From Paraspadella gotoi (taxonomy: Eukaryota > Animalia > Chaetognatha), in NCBI GenBank assembly GCA_051294375.1, contig CM119264.1, forward strand, positions 10,825,832 to 10,889,831: a DNA stretch of 64,000 nt, read 5' to 3'. Below are positions 41,721-56,224 of the stretch, in pieces. The notes beneath the pieces are model-generated. The model was given only the letters and a program-made list of their open reading frames with translations, was not told where the DNA came from and made no database searches. Numbering within the stretch: position 1 is the stretch's first letter; each line of letters begins with the position of its first letter. A program made the position numbers and the translations under genes.

Positions 41721-44700
41721 CTCCAAGACGTCGAAGCTGATGACAAGATTCCCTCGGGAGTTTCTCCTTTCCGCGTCCTTCGTTCCAGAGACTCTTCACA
41801 AATTTAGCTCGTATGAAAATAATCCCAAATTCATTTTCGTCTTCGTGAAAGAAGTGAAAGTCGGTCAGCGAGGCAACTTCGTGTACTTGTTAATGTTGCA
41901 TAATTGTTTCTTTTTCTTCTTACAATCTTAAAATATCATGTTTTCTTGGTTCTGAGTCTGTTTAGTATGTACAAAAATATGAAAATCTCTCATTTTCGAA
42001 TTTTTGGAAATCATTCAGTTTAACAGGATTTAAATATCCAAAAAGATCAGATTCCAAACGAGGCTTAACATTGTGAAAAGATTTTGAGGCGTTAATTGAC
42101 TCAATTGCGGAATAATTCATCAAAATCTCTCTCTCTCTTTCTTTGNNNNNNNNNNNNNNNNNNNNNNNNNAAAAGAGATGAGATTTTTAAGCAAGACAGC
42201 GGGGATTTAGTTGACTGTTGATTCTCTCTCTTTCTCTCTCTTTTCTCTCTTCATTTTCTCTCTCGTCTCTCTCTTTCTCTCCGACGTCAACAGAATTCAA
42301 AAGTACAGATTATGATGACGAAAAAACGACAAAAAATAACACAAAAAATACAGTGAATATGACAAAAAAAAAGTTGAGGAAAACGACGACGAAGAGGAGA
42401 CAAAACAGCACGAAAAGACAAAGAAGACGAAAAGACGACGAAGAGAAGACAAAACGCGACACGAAAAAGACAAAGAAGACGAAAACGCGATGAAGAGGAA
42501 GACCAAACCGACGACGAAAAAAAGACATATGGACGAAAACGACGCGAAGATGACGGCAAAGACGAACTCATAAACACTGTCAATAATTTTTATTTAATAA
42601 ATTTGTCTGTAAACTGAACCAAATTGCCTATAAAATTTATTATAACGAGTGAGATAGAGATGAGAGAGAAAAGAAAAACATAAAATTATGATAAAAATCA
42701 ACATGCCATTTCATTTTAATTATCAATTCAATTTTTGAAATTTTGCTTGGTCGACTTTTTAATGAGAACTCAAATGATTCCAATAAAGACGAAGACGATG
42801 ACGACTCTTTGTACTCTGTACCCTTAAGTGCCGTAGTACTGTAGCGGTTTTTTCTGTTTGAAAAAATTGATTAAGAATTAAATGTTATTCATTCACTGTT
42901 TTACTAAACTTTCAATCGGCATTTCAGTGTCAAAAACGGCATATTATTGTTGAAAGTTTTGTTCCAGTTTTTTTCCGTACGAATGTTGAGTTGATCATTT
43001 TCCGTCTGTGCCACCTCGTTACGTCTGATATATTTTTTTTTTCTTCAAAAAATAAAAGAAAATTAAAAAATAGTTAGAAAATTATGGTAAGCGATAAATT
43101 TTAAAATCAACTTTTTTTCTTTTCAAATCAATTCAACTAATTGGATATGAAAATGTAACCTCGCAACATTAATACAAGTATGGAAGAAGCAGGAAGCGCT
43201 CTTTAATCTCTACTAAAATTCATCAGTTAATGAACAAAGTCAAAGGAAACCGGAAAGATATTTCAGGGTCATGACAATGTTTACGCAAATGAATAACATC
43301 GCTTGTTTGAATTTTAAGAGGGATTTGGTTTTTTTTTTTCTGTACTTTCCTGTGCGCATCTGAAAAATATAAACCACCCATTAAAATTCCCTTTATTAAA
43401 GGAGACCAGATCCAAGAATGTCAGCTTTCTGCATTAATAAAATAAAAAATTCGAAATTCATGGAAAATGACTTCAAAGTGAAAGTAAGAGAATGGAGGGG
43501 TATCAGTATTTTAAGGCGGAGATCAATTAAAACTTTTCCAATAAATATATCGTCCTGTTCGAATTGCAACAAGAAGATGGGAATTTTTTTTCGTCCACTT
43601 TCCCGCGCGAAGAAAAATTAATGACTATCACCATTCCGAATTCCTTTAATGATAGACCCCTTAAGCTTATGATATCATTTTTATCACTGGGTCCCCTTAA
43701 AAGAATTAGAAGTAATAAAGATCCAAGATCTCACGAGTTGGGCTGAGATTTAGAAAAAAAAACTTTTTTTTATTTTCCAAGGCGTAATCAACAAACCACG
43801 AAAAGAGTTAATTAGGAAGTTTATTTGACAACAAAAAGTTCTCTTACTTGACTTTCACTCACCAGGCCGGAGAGAGAGAGAGAGAGAGAGAGAGGAAGAA
43901 GAGAGTAGAGATCGAAAGATTAGAGAGAGATAGAGAGAGAGAGAGAGCAGAGAGGAAAGAGAGAGCAGAAGAAGGAGAGAGACGAGAGAGAGAGAGAGAG
44001 AGAGACAGGAGAGAGAGAGAGAGGCAAAGAAGATGAGAGAGATGAGAGAGAGGAGAGAGGGAGAAAGGGCGGAAATGGGAAGAATCAGAAAGGAGAGAGA
44101 GAAAGAGGAGAGACAAGAGAGAGAGAGAGAGCATCTGTCATCTGTTTTTCTTTGTTGAAAAATACGTTGGCGTTATGGGATTCAGAATGAACAATGTTTC
44201 CTTTTCTCATAATCCTAATTCATCTTCTTTTTTTTCAGCATTTTTCCCCCAAGCTTTTAAGCTCTCTTTCGTGCAATCTCCTACTAGTAGTCCTAGCTCT
44301 CGGACACAGTCTGGCCTTTTGTTTTACAACTGTAAAACGCTAAAGTCGATTTCCTTCCTAACTTTTCAATAACCTCCCATCGTTGATCGAATTCCCAGTC
44401 TTATCAATCCTCCCTGATCGACNNNNNNNNNNNNNNNNNNNNNNNNNNNNNNNNNNNNNNNNNNNNNNNNNNNNNNNNNNNNNNNNNNNNNNNNNNNNNN
44501 NNNNNNNNNNNNNNNNNNNNNNNNNNNNNNNNNNNNNNNNNNNNNNNNNNNTTTTTCTCAAGATTCAACAATTCTCGAGCCTCATCTTTCGTTGTTTCTG
44601 TTTTTTGTTTTCATTTATTCTTTCCTACTTCCTTTCTCGCTTTCTGTCTTTCTTTTTCGCTGTCCTTCTTTCCTTATTTTCATTTTTTCTTTTTTTTCCC

Positions 44701-44865
44701 TCATTTCTTCCTTTCTAATTTTCTTTTTTGTTCGTTTTAACATTTTTGTATGTACTTTTTTTTGTCTTCCTACAGAATGAGAGGAAAAAACAATCACGTG
44801 ACTTGCCGAGAAATTCATTTCCGGTTTTTTCTCTTTTAACTTAACACAGGAGAAGTAGATGTGCT

Positions 44866-44869
<4 letters not shown>

Positions 44870-44956
<87 letters not shown>

Positions 44957-45358
44957 CACTTTTTAATTAGTCAGATTCAATTCTAAGAATTTTTTTTTTT
45001 TTAATATGGTTGGTCAATTTGGCTGAGGTTATATTGGAGATTTAAAAATGAGTATACAATATTAATTTGAATAATCAAAAATAGAAAAAAAAAGAAGCAG
45101 AAATTCATTTCGAATTAAGCTTCTTGATAACGACATATAAATACAACACATAAGCTTCATTACAAATTCTTTGGAGCAATAACTCATTCAGCAAGTTCAC
45201 GAGCCTTTGTTTCTCTGTCTACCTCAGTCTAGAGGAAACTATTTTCGGCCTCTTAATTCTAAAAGCGGATCGTGGGACTTTTCATTCGAATGATTCAGAG
45301 CGAGAAAATTGAGAAAATAGGGAAGAGAAAATGAGAGAGAGATAGAGAAGAAGAGAGA

Positions 45359-45412
<54 letters not shown>

Positions 45413-45466
45413 GAGAGAGAGAGAGAGAGAAAGAAAGAGAGAGAAAGAGAGAGAGAGAGAGAGAGT

Positions 45467-45507
<41 letters not shown>

Positions 45508-48500
45508 GAGAGAGAAAGAGACGCAAGGACAAAAAAAGGAAAAAAAAAAAAACCCTTAAAGAGAAGACTAGTCCCCATGGATTTTGTGCGCTCAAGCAAA
45601 AATTTCGAAAGAAAAATCGCATAGAGTTTTTTTAAACAGTTGGGGAAAAAAAATCAGAGATTTAAAAAACCCAAAGAATATCCAAATCTCCATTTATGCT
45701 CCTCACCTCCTCTTTATTTCTTGGCTCCTACTTTCGTCTTATCCTCCGCAATCCACCCATCTGTCCTCACCCCTGCCACCGATCCGCCTTTCCCACCCCC
45801 CTCTTCCTTTTCGATTCTCACTTCGACTTTTTTCGTCCTTTGACGGCTGCTCAACTCTTTTTTTTCCCCGCCAATAGGAGATTTTCTTACCGTAAATCAA
45901 AACTGACTTTGACGTAACCCCTCGGAAGCCTTAATCAACGCCGTGGCCAGCCCAGTCATCACATCAGCCAGGTTATGCCTTTCGCTTTTCCCTTTTTTTT
46001 TTTTTAAAACGATCCAATCTTCCAACCCAAACCCGCTAGAAGATCACGCCCCCGAGGGGGGGCGGTGGGGGTTACGAACAAGGTTCGCAGATAAACATTC
46101 TCGCGATCCACGTCGGATCTTCTTCCAGCTCATGCGCTTTTATGTTGAAGCCTCTTCCATCTCCTTACTTTCGTTCTTTGGTTCAAGCGCCTCCCGAGAG
46201 AAAAGAAACTGAATGCTCTTGGGGTTTGGGAGAAACAGGGGGGGAAGAGAGCATAAAACACAACCTCTCTCTCTCCTCTCTCTCTCTCTCTCTTCTCGAT
46301 CTCATCTCTCTCTCTCTCGATCTCTCTCTCTCTTCTCCTGCCTCCCGGTTTTCTACTAACATCTGATTTGATTAATTCGGTCATAACTTTTTAGTTTTTT
46401 TTTTTTAAAGTTACGTGAAATTTTTTTTATTTTTTATTGCTTGAAAATGAATTGGATTTTTACTAGCTCTTGTGGATTTGTGTGAAAAAGGCGAGAGACA
46501 TAAAGTTTTGGCCGAGGACAGGAATAAGTTGGGGAAAAATCTGGACAACTGACGGTATTTCCAATAGTTGAACTTTTATTTTTTAAATTCGCTTTGAACA
46601 CAGGACGCGCGAATAACATTAAACATTGTTTTATTACTTTTCTTACGGATTTTGTCATTCTTACTAGTCAAGATGCTTTAACTCGAGCCGGATTGGTTAG
46701 TTTTAAACTACACCATATGTTTTTTATTTCTAACATTTTATTCATAAAAAATTGAAATGATATAGAATTAATATAGGAAGTAATAAAAAATATAAAGAAA
46801 AGGATACGACTTCGTTGTTTTGATTATCTTTTCTTCTTCGATTTTTTATTAATCGATTGAATCGTCGATTATAAAAGTCTGCAAAAGGCGAGCAGAGCAA
46901 GGGCGGCCGGGCGACCCGGGCGCCGGGGCGCCGGGGCGCGGCCCCTTCCTTCAAAAACTGGCGGGTCTTCCTTCCGTCGATAGTTCCTCCTACCGTGTGG
47001 ACCGTGTATGGCACGGAAGCGTTGGGGTCGACGCTCAACGGAAACACGAAAGTTCCGTGCGCGCATGAGCTCCGCGTCGCACGCACAACGCTTACCGGCA
47101 GGCGGTGAACGGCGTCCGTCTTAAAAGGAGCGTCTTGCGTTATCGCGTCGTCGGCGCTATTGACGGGCGCCCCCGATTCGTGGTTTGGCGCGGAGCCTTC
47201 CGAGGAAATCAGTTTAAGGCCCTGGATGTCGACGAACGCCGAAAAAAAACGTTTTTACTTTTACGAAACCCGAATCACAACGTAAAGAAAGTCAAATTTT
47301 CTCACCATTTTCTGCCGTAGATAAAGGATACTCGAGATTCAGATTCGTCTTAAAAATATTAACTTTGAGGAGAATTATGCTTCTTTCGTTTTTTTCAAGG
47401 AATTCGAAAGACAACTTCCTCGTATACCGAAAAAGGTTTTTTCATTGCCGTGTATTTTTAGTATTAACTTAGTACGACAGTGCAATTTTGAAGTATTGAG
47501 GGCCAGGAAATTCGACGATTTTGAATTTTGGGGGAAATTTACGCTGAATTAGGTGATTGCCCTGATACAAACCGGATCTGAATCGAAGCGAAAAGGAACA
47601 TATCGGCGCGCTGAAACCAGTCGCAGCGCTCTCTCGAGTTGATTACTCATACAGATTATAAAAATTTCAAGCGGTAAACACATCGTATAATTATTATTTA
47701 GTTGCAATTTGGTAGTACAGAAAATGACAAATGCTATACCGATCATAAAAAAAAACTATTTAAACTTTGAAATTGAAATTAGTTTAATAGGTAAAATAAT
47801 GAAAATGGTAATCTGCTAATTAGAGACGCCTCGAAACCGAGACCCCGTCCGCAGGAGAAAAAATCGTCGTGTCCGTTTACGGCGAGGCTTTAATCCGTAA
47901 TCTGCGGATCTCGTCCCCGAATCAATTTACCGTATCGTTTCCTCGCTGCGTGATTTGTCTTTCGAAGACTTGGTGAGACTGGAGACTGTGAGGGGCTGTA
48001 AAAGCTTTGTCATCGGCCCTGGATAGACATCGCATTCGTGAGTTGTTTGCTCTTCCTTGTTTGCGTTCTCCTTGATCTCCTTCGAAATCGGTTTCGTAAT
48101 CGAAAGGAAACTGGACAAAATGAAGATTGGAACGAAATTTATAGTTGATAAAATAATGAGAAAAAATAAAGGACCCACAAGATTACACCAAAAGTCCAAA
48201 CGGAAGACCAACACGAAAATGAGACAAAAGGAAAGGGAAAAACAAGCTAAGAAAGAAAGAAAAAAAGAAAGAAGCAGAAAAGAAAAGAGGAAAGAAAGAA
48301 AGAAAGAAAAGATAAAAAAGTAAGAAGAAAAAAGAAAAGAAAAAGAAAGAAAAAATGTTTATATTGATCCTGAAACATGCTAAAATAGAGAAAGAAAGAA
48401 AGAAAAGAAAGAAAAGAAAGAAAGAAAGAAAAGAAAGAAAGAAACGAAAGAAAGAAAGAAGGAAGAAAGAAAAGACGAAAAAATAAAAATAAATAAATAC

Positions 48501-51500
48501 TAAAGAAAGAAAGGAAAGAAGAAGAAAGAAAGAAAGAAAGAAAGAAAAGAAAAAAGAAAGAAAGAAGAATAGAAAGAAAGAGAAATTAAGCAAGCAAGCA
48601 ACTACCACAGCGTTCTTTCTTAAAACATACATTTCTGGTGTAGCCCTAAAGTTGGGGCCCACAACATAAAATGAGGCTGAAGAAAAGCCGAATCGGGCCC
48701 AAGAGAGGGCGCTGTGGCCGTACGTATCGAAAAAGGAACAAAGGATCATCTCGGAATTATGAAACCAACTTGCGCGAAAAAATATGAGACAAAAGAATCG
48801 ATAAAGACAAAACGAAAAGAAACAATAGGAAGAAAAGAAGGAAACCGCTTCGCGTTCCTCGTCCTAATAGAAATTACATCTCCAATTAATTTTTTTCTTT
48901 TGTTTTCTTGGGTCCATGGCTAAAGGAGTTCGGAGTATAAGAGCTCCGTATAATCATCAATAACCAAACGATGACAAAGAAACAAAATCGAAGAGACTAG
49001 ACTCGTTTTAATAGGATACTACCAAGCGCAGATGAAGTTCCGAAAGGTCACCCGTGAGAAAGATCGGAGACGCGAATGTGATTCAAGAATCTTTTACGTG
49101 GTGAGAGCAATTTAAGTCGTCCTGTTTTTTAATTTACAAAGTGGGAATGGAAGGCTGCAAGTAGAAGGGAGGAGAAGCGAAAGTAGAAATCGTCGAATCT
49201 TTGGACAAAAAAATGAAAAAAATTCACGTAATGTTTAACTTTCATCAGTCAAAAGATTAAAAAAAAAAAAGTGGCAAATCTCCTGACAATGAGAAATATT
49301 TTTTTAAAGATTTATGAGGTACAAAAAGAACAGTTGATAAATTGCAACTCTGAATCGTAACATGTAGTTGTCCAAAAATCTTCAGAAGAATTGTTTTAAC
49401 CATAACGAAGAAAAAACGAACGAAATTTCGTTCTCTCAGCAAATAATTGAACTTTATGATTTCCTTTCTGCGGGCCCTGAATTTCATTTTATTTCTTATC
49501 GGGACCGGTTTTACGTTTGTCCCACACGTCGCGTTAACTGATAAAGGAAAACACGCAACATACAGTTTTACAGTTGGAAACGATAAACTCGATAGTTTTT
49601 GAATGCGACCTGCAACAATTGGGTGATATATTGGATTTCAGAGTCTTCAACTAGAAATGAGGCTGCTTTGTTTCTTTTCATATTTTGATTTTTCCAAAAC
49701 CTTACCCAAATTGGTCTGCAAAATAAATCAAACTAAAACTAGAAAAACAGGTTTCAGAAATGTGAAATTGCGCCCGTGGACTTGCATCAAATTTGAAGGC
49801 TGGGATCGAGCAAAAAATAATTTATCGACATGAGTAATAAATAAAAGGATAAAAATATTTACTAAAATTTAATATACATATTTATAGAATAAACGTCAGT
49901 ACGAGTTGCGATAAGGTACAAAGAAGCGAACTGCGACTATCTCACAAACGTCGATGACGACGTTGATGGCAGCAGCTGCCACCGCGCAAATGCAAGTGGC
50001 GCGACAAAGAACGCCTTGCCGCTTGCTAATTGTTCTTTTCAACAAACCGTAATTTGGCTTTAACTGACTCCCGTAATCAGCAAGGGAAGGTTCAATCCAG
50101 CAGGACAAATTTTCATCCTGGAACTAATCGTTAATGAAGCTTATGAACTGATCATATGTTAAATGCTCATGGTGATACCAGTATTGAAAAAACTATCTAA
50201 AATCTAATCCAGATGTGCATATGCATAAACATGTTTTAAAAGTAAAAATAAAATTGGAAAAATCTTAATTTTTTCCGTTTTAAAAGCAAATAAATTTCTA
50301 CTTGTAACTACCATTTTAATTTTTTTATTCTTTTTTTCTCTATAGAAAACTTTAAAAACTATATCTATATTCACGAACGACGTACTAATAGATACATAAA
50401 ATGCGGTGTCATGACAACGACATCCATGATAACAACATGACGATCAAGACGACAACAAGTTTCTGGCATCGAACTTGAAAATAGTCAACTTTTTTTTTTC
50501 TGAATCACCTTTTCGCTTTGCTTGCTGTCAACGTTTCCATGGAAAGANNNNNNNNNNNNNNNNNNNNNNNNNAGAGAGAGAGAGAGAGAGATTACACTTT
50601 TATTAGTCAGATTCATTCAAGAATTTATTTTTTTATATGGTTGGTCAATTGGCTGAGTTATAGATGGATTTATAAAATGAGTAACATATTAATTTGAATA
50701 TCAAAAATAGAAAAAAAAAGAAGCAGAAATTCATTTCGAATTAAGCTTCTGATAACGACATAATAAATAAAACATAAGCTTCAGTACAAATTCTTGGAGC
50801 AATAACTCATCCAAGTTCACGAGCCTTTGTTTCTCTGTCTACCTCAGTCCTAGAGGAAACTATTTCGCTCTTAATTCTAAAAGCGATCGTGGGACTTTTC
50901 ATTCGAATGAATTCAGAGCGAGAAAATTGAGATAGGGAAGNNNNNNNNNNNNNNNNNNNNNNNNNNNNNNNNNNNNNNNNNNNNNNNNNNNNNNNNNNNN
51001 NNNNNNNNNNNNNNNNNNNNNNNNNNNNNNNNNNNNNNNNNNNNNNNNNNNNNNNNNNNNNNNNNNNNNNNNNNNNNNNNNNNNNNNNNNNNNNNNNNNN
51101 NNNNNNNNNNNNNNNNNNNNNNNNNNNNNNNNNNNNNNNNNNNNNNNNNNNNNNNNNNNNNNNNNNNNNNNNNNNNNNNNNNNNNNNNNNNNNNNNNNNN
51201 NNNNNNNNACTAGTCCCATGGATTTTTCTGTGCTCAGCAAAAATTTCGAAAAGAAAATCGCATCGAGTTTTTTTACAGTTGGGGAAAAAAAAATNNNNNN
51301 NNNNNNNNNNNNNNNNNNNNNNNNNNNNNNNNNNNNNNNNNNNNNNNNNNNNNNNNNNNNNNNNNNNNNNNNTTTTTTTTTTTTAAAACCCAATCCTTCC
51401 AACCCAAACCCCGCTAGAAGAAACCCCCCGAGGGGGGCGGTGGGGGTTACGAACAGGTTCGCGATAAACATTCTCGCGATCCACTCGGATCTTCTTCCAG

Positions 51501-53590
51501 CTCTTCGCTTTTATTGTTGAAGCCTCTTCCATCTCCTTACTTTCGTTCTTTGGTTCAAGGCGCCTCCCGAGAGAAAAAAACTGAATGCTCTTGGGGTTTG
51601 GGAGAAACGGGGGGGAGAGACATANNNNNNNNNNNNNNNNNNNNNNNNNNNNNNNNNNNNNNNNNNNNNNNNNNNNNNNNNNNNNNNNNNNNNNNNNNNN
51701 NNNNNNNNNNNNNNNNNNNNNNNNNNNNNNNNNNNNNNNNNNNNNNNNNNNNNNNNNNNNNNNNNNNNNNNNNNNNNNNNNNNNNNNNNNNNNNNNNNNN
51801 NTTTTTTTTTTTAAGTTACGTGAATTTTTTTATTTTTTTATTGCTTGAAAATGAATTGGATTTTTACTGCTCTGTGGATTTGTGTGAAAAGCGAGGACAT
51901 AAAGTTTGCCGAGGACAGGAATAAGTTGGGGAAAAATCTGGACACTGACGGTTTTCCATAGTTGAACTTTTTTTTTAAATTCGCTTTGAACACACGCGCG
52001 AATAACATTAAACATTTTTTATTACTTTTCTTACGGATTTTTGTCATTCCTTAACTAGTCAAGATGCTTTAACTCGAGCCGGATTGGTTATTTTAAACTA
52101 CACATATGTTTTTATTTCTAACATTTTATTCATAAAAATTGAAATGAGATAGATAATATAGGAAGTAATAAAAATATAAAGAAAAGGATACGACTTCGTT
52201 GGTTTTGTTATCTTTTCTTTTCGATTTTTTATTAATCGATTGATCGTCGATTATAAAGTCTGCAAAAGGCGAGCAGAGCAAGGGCGCCGGGCGCCGGGCG
52301 CCGGGCGCCGGGCGCCGGGCCCCTCCTTCAAAAACTCGGCGGTCTTCCTTCCGTCGATAGTTCCTCCTCCGTGTGGACCGTGTTGGCACCAGCGTTGGGG
52401 TCGACGCTCACGAAACGAAAGTTCACGTGCGCGCATGCTCCGCGTCGCACGCACAATCGCTTACAGGCGGTGACGGCGTCTCTTAAAAGGACGTCTGCGT
52501 TATCGGCGTCGTCGGCGCTATTGACGGCGCCCCGATTCGTGGTTGGCGCGGAGCCTTCCGAGGAAATCAGTTTAAGGCCCTGGATTCGACGAAACGCCGA
52601 AAAAAAAAACGTTTTCACTTTTTACGAAACCCGATCACAACGTAAAGAAAGTCAAATTTTCTCACCATTTCTGCCGGTAGATAAAGGATACTCGAGATTC
52701 AGATTCGTCTTAAAAATATTAACTTTGAGGAGAATTATCTTCTTCGTTTTTTCAAGGAAATTCGAAGACACTTCCTCGTTACGAAAGGTTTTTTTCATTC
52801 CGTGTATTTTAGTATTAACTTAGTACACAGTGCAATTTTGAAGTATTGAGCCAGGAAATTCGACGATTTTGAATTTGGGGGAAATTTACGCTGAATTATG
52901 ATTGACCTGATACAAACCGGATCTGAATCGAAGCGAAAAGGACATTCGGCCGGCTGAAACCAGTCGCACGCTCTCTCGAGTTGATTACTCATCAGATTAT
53001 AAAAATTTCAAAGCGGTAACACATCGTATATTTATTATTTAGGCAATTGGTAGTCAGAAAATGACAATGCTATCGATCATAAAAAAAACTATTTAAACTT
53101 TAAATTAAATTAAGTTTAATAGGTAAATAATGAAATGGTATCTGTAATTAGAGACGCCTCGAACCCGAGACCTCCGCAGGAGAAAAAATCGTCGTTGTCG
53201 TTTACGCCGAGGCTTTAATCCGTAATCCGGATCTCGTCCCCCGAATTCATTTACCGTTCGTTTCCTCGCTGCGTGAGTCTTTTCGGAGACTGTGAGACTG
53301 TGAGACTGTGAGGGGCTGTAAAAGGCTTTGTCATCGTCCCTGATAGACATCGCATTCGTGATTGTTTGCTCTTCCTTGTTTGCGTCTCCTTTCTTCCTTC
53401 GAAATCGGTTTCGTATCGAAGGAAACTGGACAAAATGAGACTTGGAAACGAATTTATAGTTGATAAAATAATGGAAAAAATAAAGACCCACAAGATTACA
53501 CTCAAAAGTCAAAACGGAAGACCAACACGAAAATGAGACAAAAGGAAAGGGAAAAACAAGCTAAGAAAGAAAGAAAAAAAGAAAGAAAGC

Positions 53591-53678
<88 letters not shown>

Positions 53679-53756
53679 CTAAAAAAAGTAAGAAAGAAAA
53701 AAAGGAAAAGAAAAAGAAAAGAAAAAATGTTATAATCCTGAAACATGCTAAAATAG

Positions 53757-53819
<63 letters not shown>

Positions 53820-53867
53820 AGGAAAGAAAGAAAAAGAAACGAAAAAAATAAAAATAAATAAATACTA

Positions 53868-53947
<80 letters not shown>

Positions 53948-55794
53948 AAAATAAGCAAGCAAGCAAACTACCACGCGTTCTTTCTTAAAACATCATTTCT
54001 GGTGTAGCCCTAAGTTGGGGCCCAACAACATAAATGAGCTGAGAAGAAGCGATCGGGCAAGAGAGGCGCTGTGGCCGTCGATCGAAAAAGGAAACAAAGG
54101 ATCATCTTCGGAATTATGAAACCAACTTGCGCGAAAAAAAATTGAGACAAAAGAAGTCGATAAAGACAAAACGAAAGAACAATAGGAAGAAGAAGGGAAA
54201 CCGCTGTCCGTCCTCGTCTAAGAATTACATCTCCCATTAATTTTTTTTCTTTTGTTTTCTTGGGTCCATGGCTAAAGGAGTTCGGAGTATAAGAGCTCCG
54301 TATATCATCATACAAACGATGACAAAGAACAAAATCGAAAGACTGACTCGTTTTATAGGTACTACCGCGATGAAGTTCGACAAGGTCACCCGTGAGAAAG
54401 ATCGAGACCGATGTGATTCAAATCTTTTACGTGGGTGAGAGCAATTTAGTCGTCCTGTTTTTAATTTACAAAGTGGGGAATGAAGGCTGCAAGTAGAAGG
54501 GGGAGAAGCGAAAGTTAGAAATCCGAATCTTTGGACAAAAAAATGAAAAATTCACGTAATGTTAACTTTCATCAGTCAAAAATTAAAAAAAAAAGTGGCA
54601 AATCTCCTGCACAATGAAATATTTTTTTAAAGATTATGGGTACGAAAGAACAGTTGATAAATTGCAACTCTGAATCGGTACATGTATTGTCCAAAATCTT
54701 AGAAGAATGTTTTAACCATAACGAAGAAAAAACGACGAAATTCTTCTCTCAGCATAATTGAATCTTTATGATTTCCTTTCTGCGGGCCCTGAATTTCATT
54801 TTATTTCTTCGGGACCGGTTTTACGTTGTCCCCACACGTCGCGTTACTGATAAGGAAAACCGCAACATACAGTTTAGTTGGAAACGATAACGTAGTTTTG
54901 AATCGACTGCAACATTGGGTGATATATTGATTTCAGAGTCTTCACAGAAATGAGGCTGCTTTGTTTCTTTTCATATTTGATTTCCGAAACTTACCCAATT
55001 GGTCTGCAAAATAAATCAAAACTAAAACTAGAAAAACAGGTTTTCAGAATTTGAAATTGCCCCGTGACTTGCATCGAAATTTTGAAGGCTGGGATCGAGC
55101 AAAAAATAATTTATCGAATGAGTAATAAATAAAAGGATAAAAATATTATCTAAAATTTAATATACATATTATAGAATAAACGTCAGTACGAGTGCGATAA
55201 GGTACAAGGAACGACTGCGATATCTCACAAACGTCGATGACGACGTTGATGGCAGCGCTGCCACCGCGCGAGCAAGTGGCGCGACAAAGACCCTTGCGCT
55301 GCTAATGTTCTTTTCAACAACCGTAATTGGCTTTACTGACTCCGTAATCAAGCAAGGAGGTAATCCAGCAGGACAAATTTTCAATCCTGGAACTATCGTT
55401 TAATGAAGCTTATAACTGATCATATTTAAATGCTCATGTGTACAGTATTGAAAAAACTATCTAAATCTATCCAGATGTGCATATGCATAAACATGTTTTA
55501 AAAGTAAAAATAAATATTGAAAAATCTTTAATTTTTCGTTTTAAAAGCAAATAAATTTCTACTTGTAACTACCATTTTAATTTTTTATTCTTTTTTCTCT
55601 ATAAAAACTTTAAAACTATATCTATATTCACGAACGACGTCTAATAGATACAAAAATGCGGTGTCATGACACGACATCCATGATAAACACATGACGTCAA
55701 AGACGACAACAATTCTGGCATCGAAACTTGAAAATAGTCAACTTTTTTTTTCTGAATCACCTTTCGCTTTGCTTCTGTCAACGTTTCATGGAAA
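44870..55794. repeat. Direct tandem duplication, ~5.5 kb (44870-50547 and 50573-55794)
   Basis: AGATTACACTTTT starts both copies and ACGTTTC(C)ATGGAAA ends both; separated by 25 N; differences are mostly single-base indels. Confidence 0.92.
52328..52579 (-). CDS. Possible exon with PAN/Apple-like Cys spacing (duplicate at ~46950-47221)
   Basis: GC-rich block after a T-tract...TCCAG acceptor; translates VTACKRLCVRRGACAHVNFRF. The sequence is indel-rich, so the frame is unreliable. Confidence 0.3.
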   Translation of the reverse strand, partial: GLKLISSEGSAPTTNRGAVNSADDADNADVLLRDAVTACKRLCVRRGACAHVNFRFVSVDPNAGANTVHTEEELSTEGRPPSF

Positions 55795-55995
55795 TCAATT
55801 TCAGCCACAGTTGGCAACGACTGCCTTTTACACGTGCCGCTGTGCCGTTTTTCTCACTTTTATTATAACCATTTGTATTGGATTACTTTTATCACGGATC
55901 TGTATAAAACCTTTGCGTTTCGTTCCTCGCGAATCTTGTTTTTTTTTTTTTTTTTTTGGCCCCGCCCTTTTTAACGCCCTGCGAGAATTCCATCG

Positions 55996-56224
55996 ATTTT
56001 TAGTTGCGCCTCGAGTACTCGCGGAGCAACTCTATAAGTCACTTTTAGGTCGGTCGGTCGGTCTGTCCCACTTACATTAAATTTGCATATAATTTATCTA
56101 TAGTTGGTTGCTCTTTTGTTAAGACAGGAAAAAACCTCAAATCTAAATGACTGCAAGCGCCGAAAAATGCATGTGATAAGGCAGTCACTGCGGCGCAACA
56201 CATTTGAATTAACCTTCTTGTTTT
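55996..56224 (+). mobile_element. HINE/DINE-1-like element, same family as 33047-33199
   Basis: TAGTTGCGCCTCGAGTACTCGCGGAGCAACT hairpin, ACTCTATAAGTCACTTTT, (GGTC)n, 3' GATAAGGCAGTCACTGCGGCGCAAC, end TTCTTGTTTT. Confidence 0.72.

Noticed and set aside
42300-42575. T-poor Lys/Thr/Arg-rich ORF
   Set aside because: Degenerate (GAC/GAA/AAA) low-complexity tract next to a gap.
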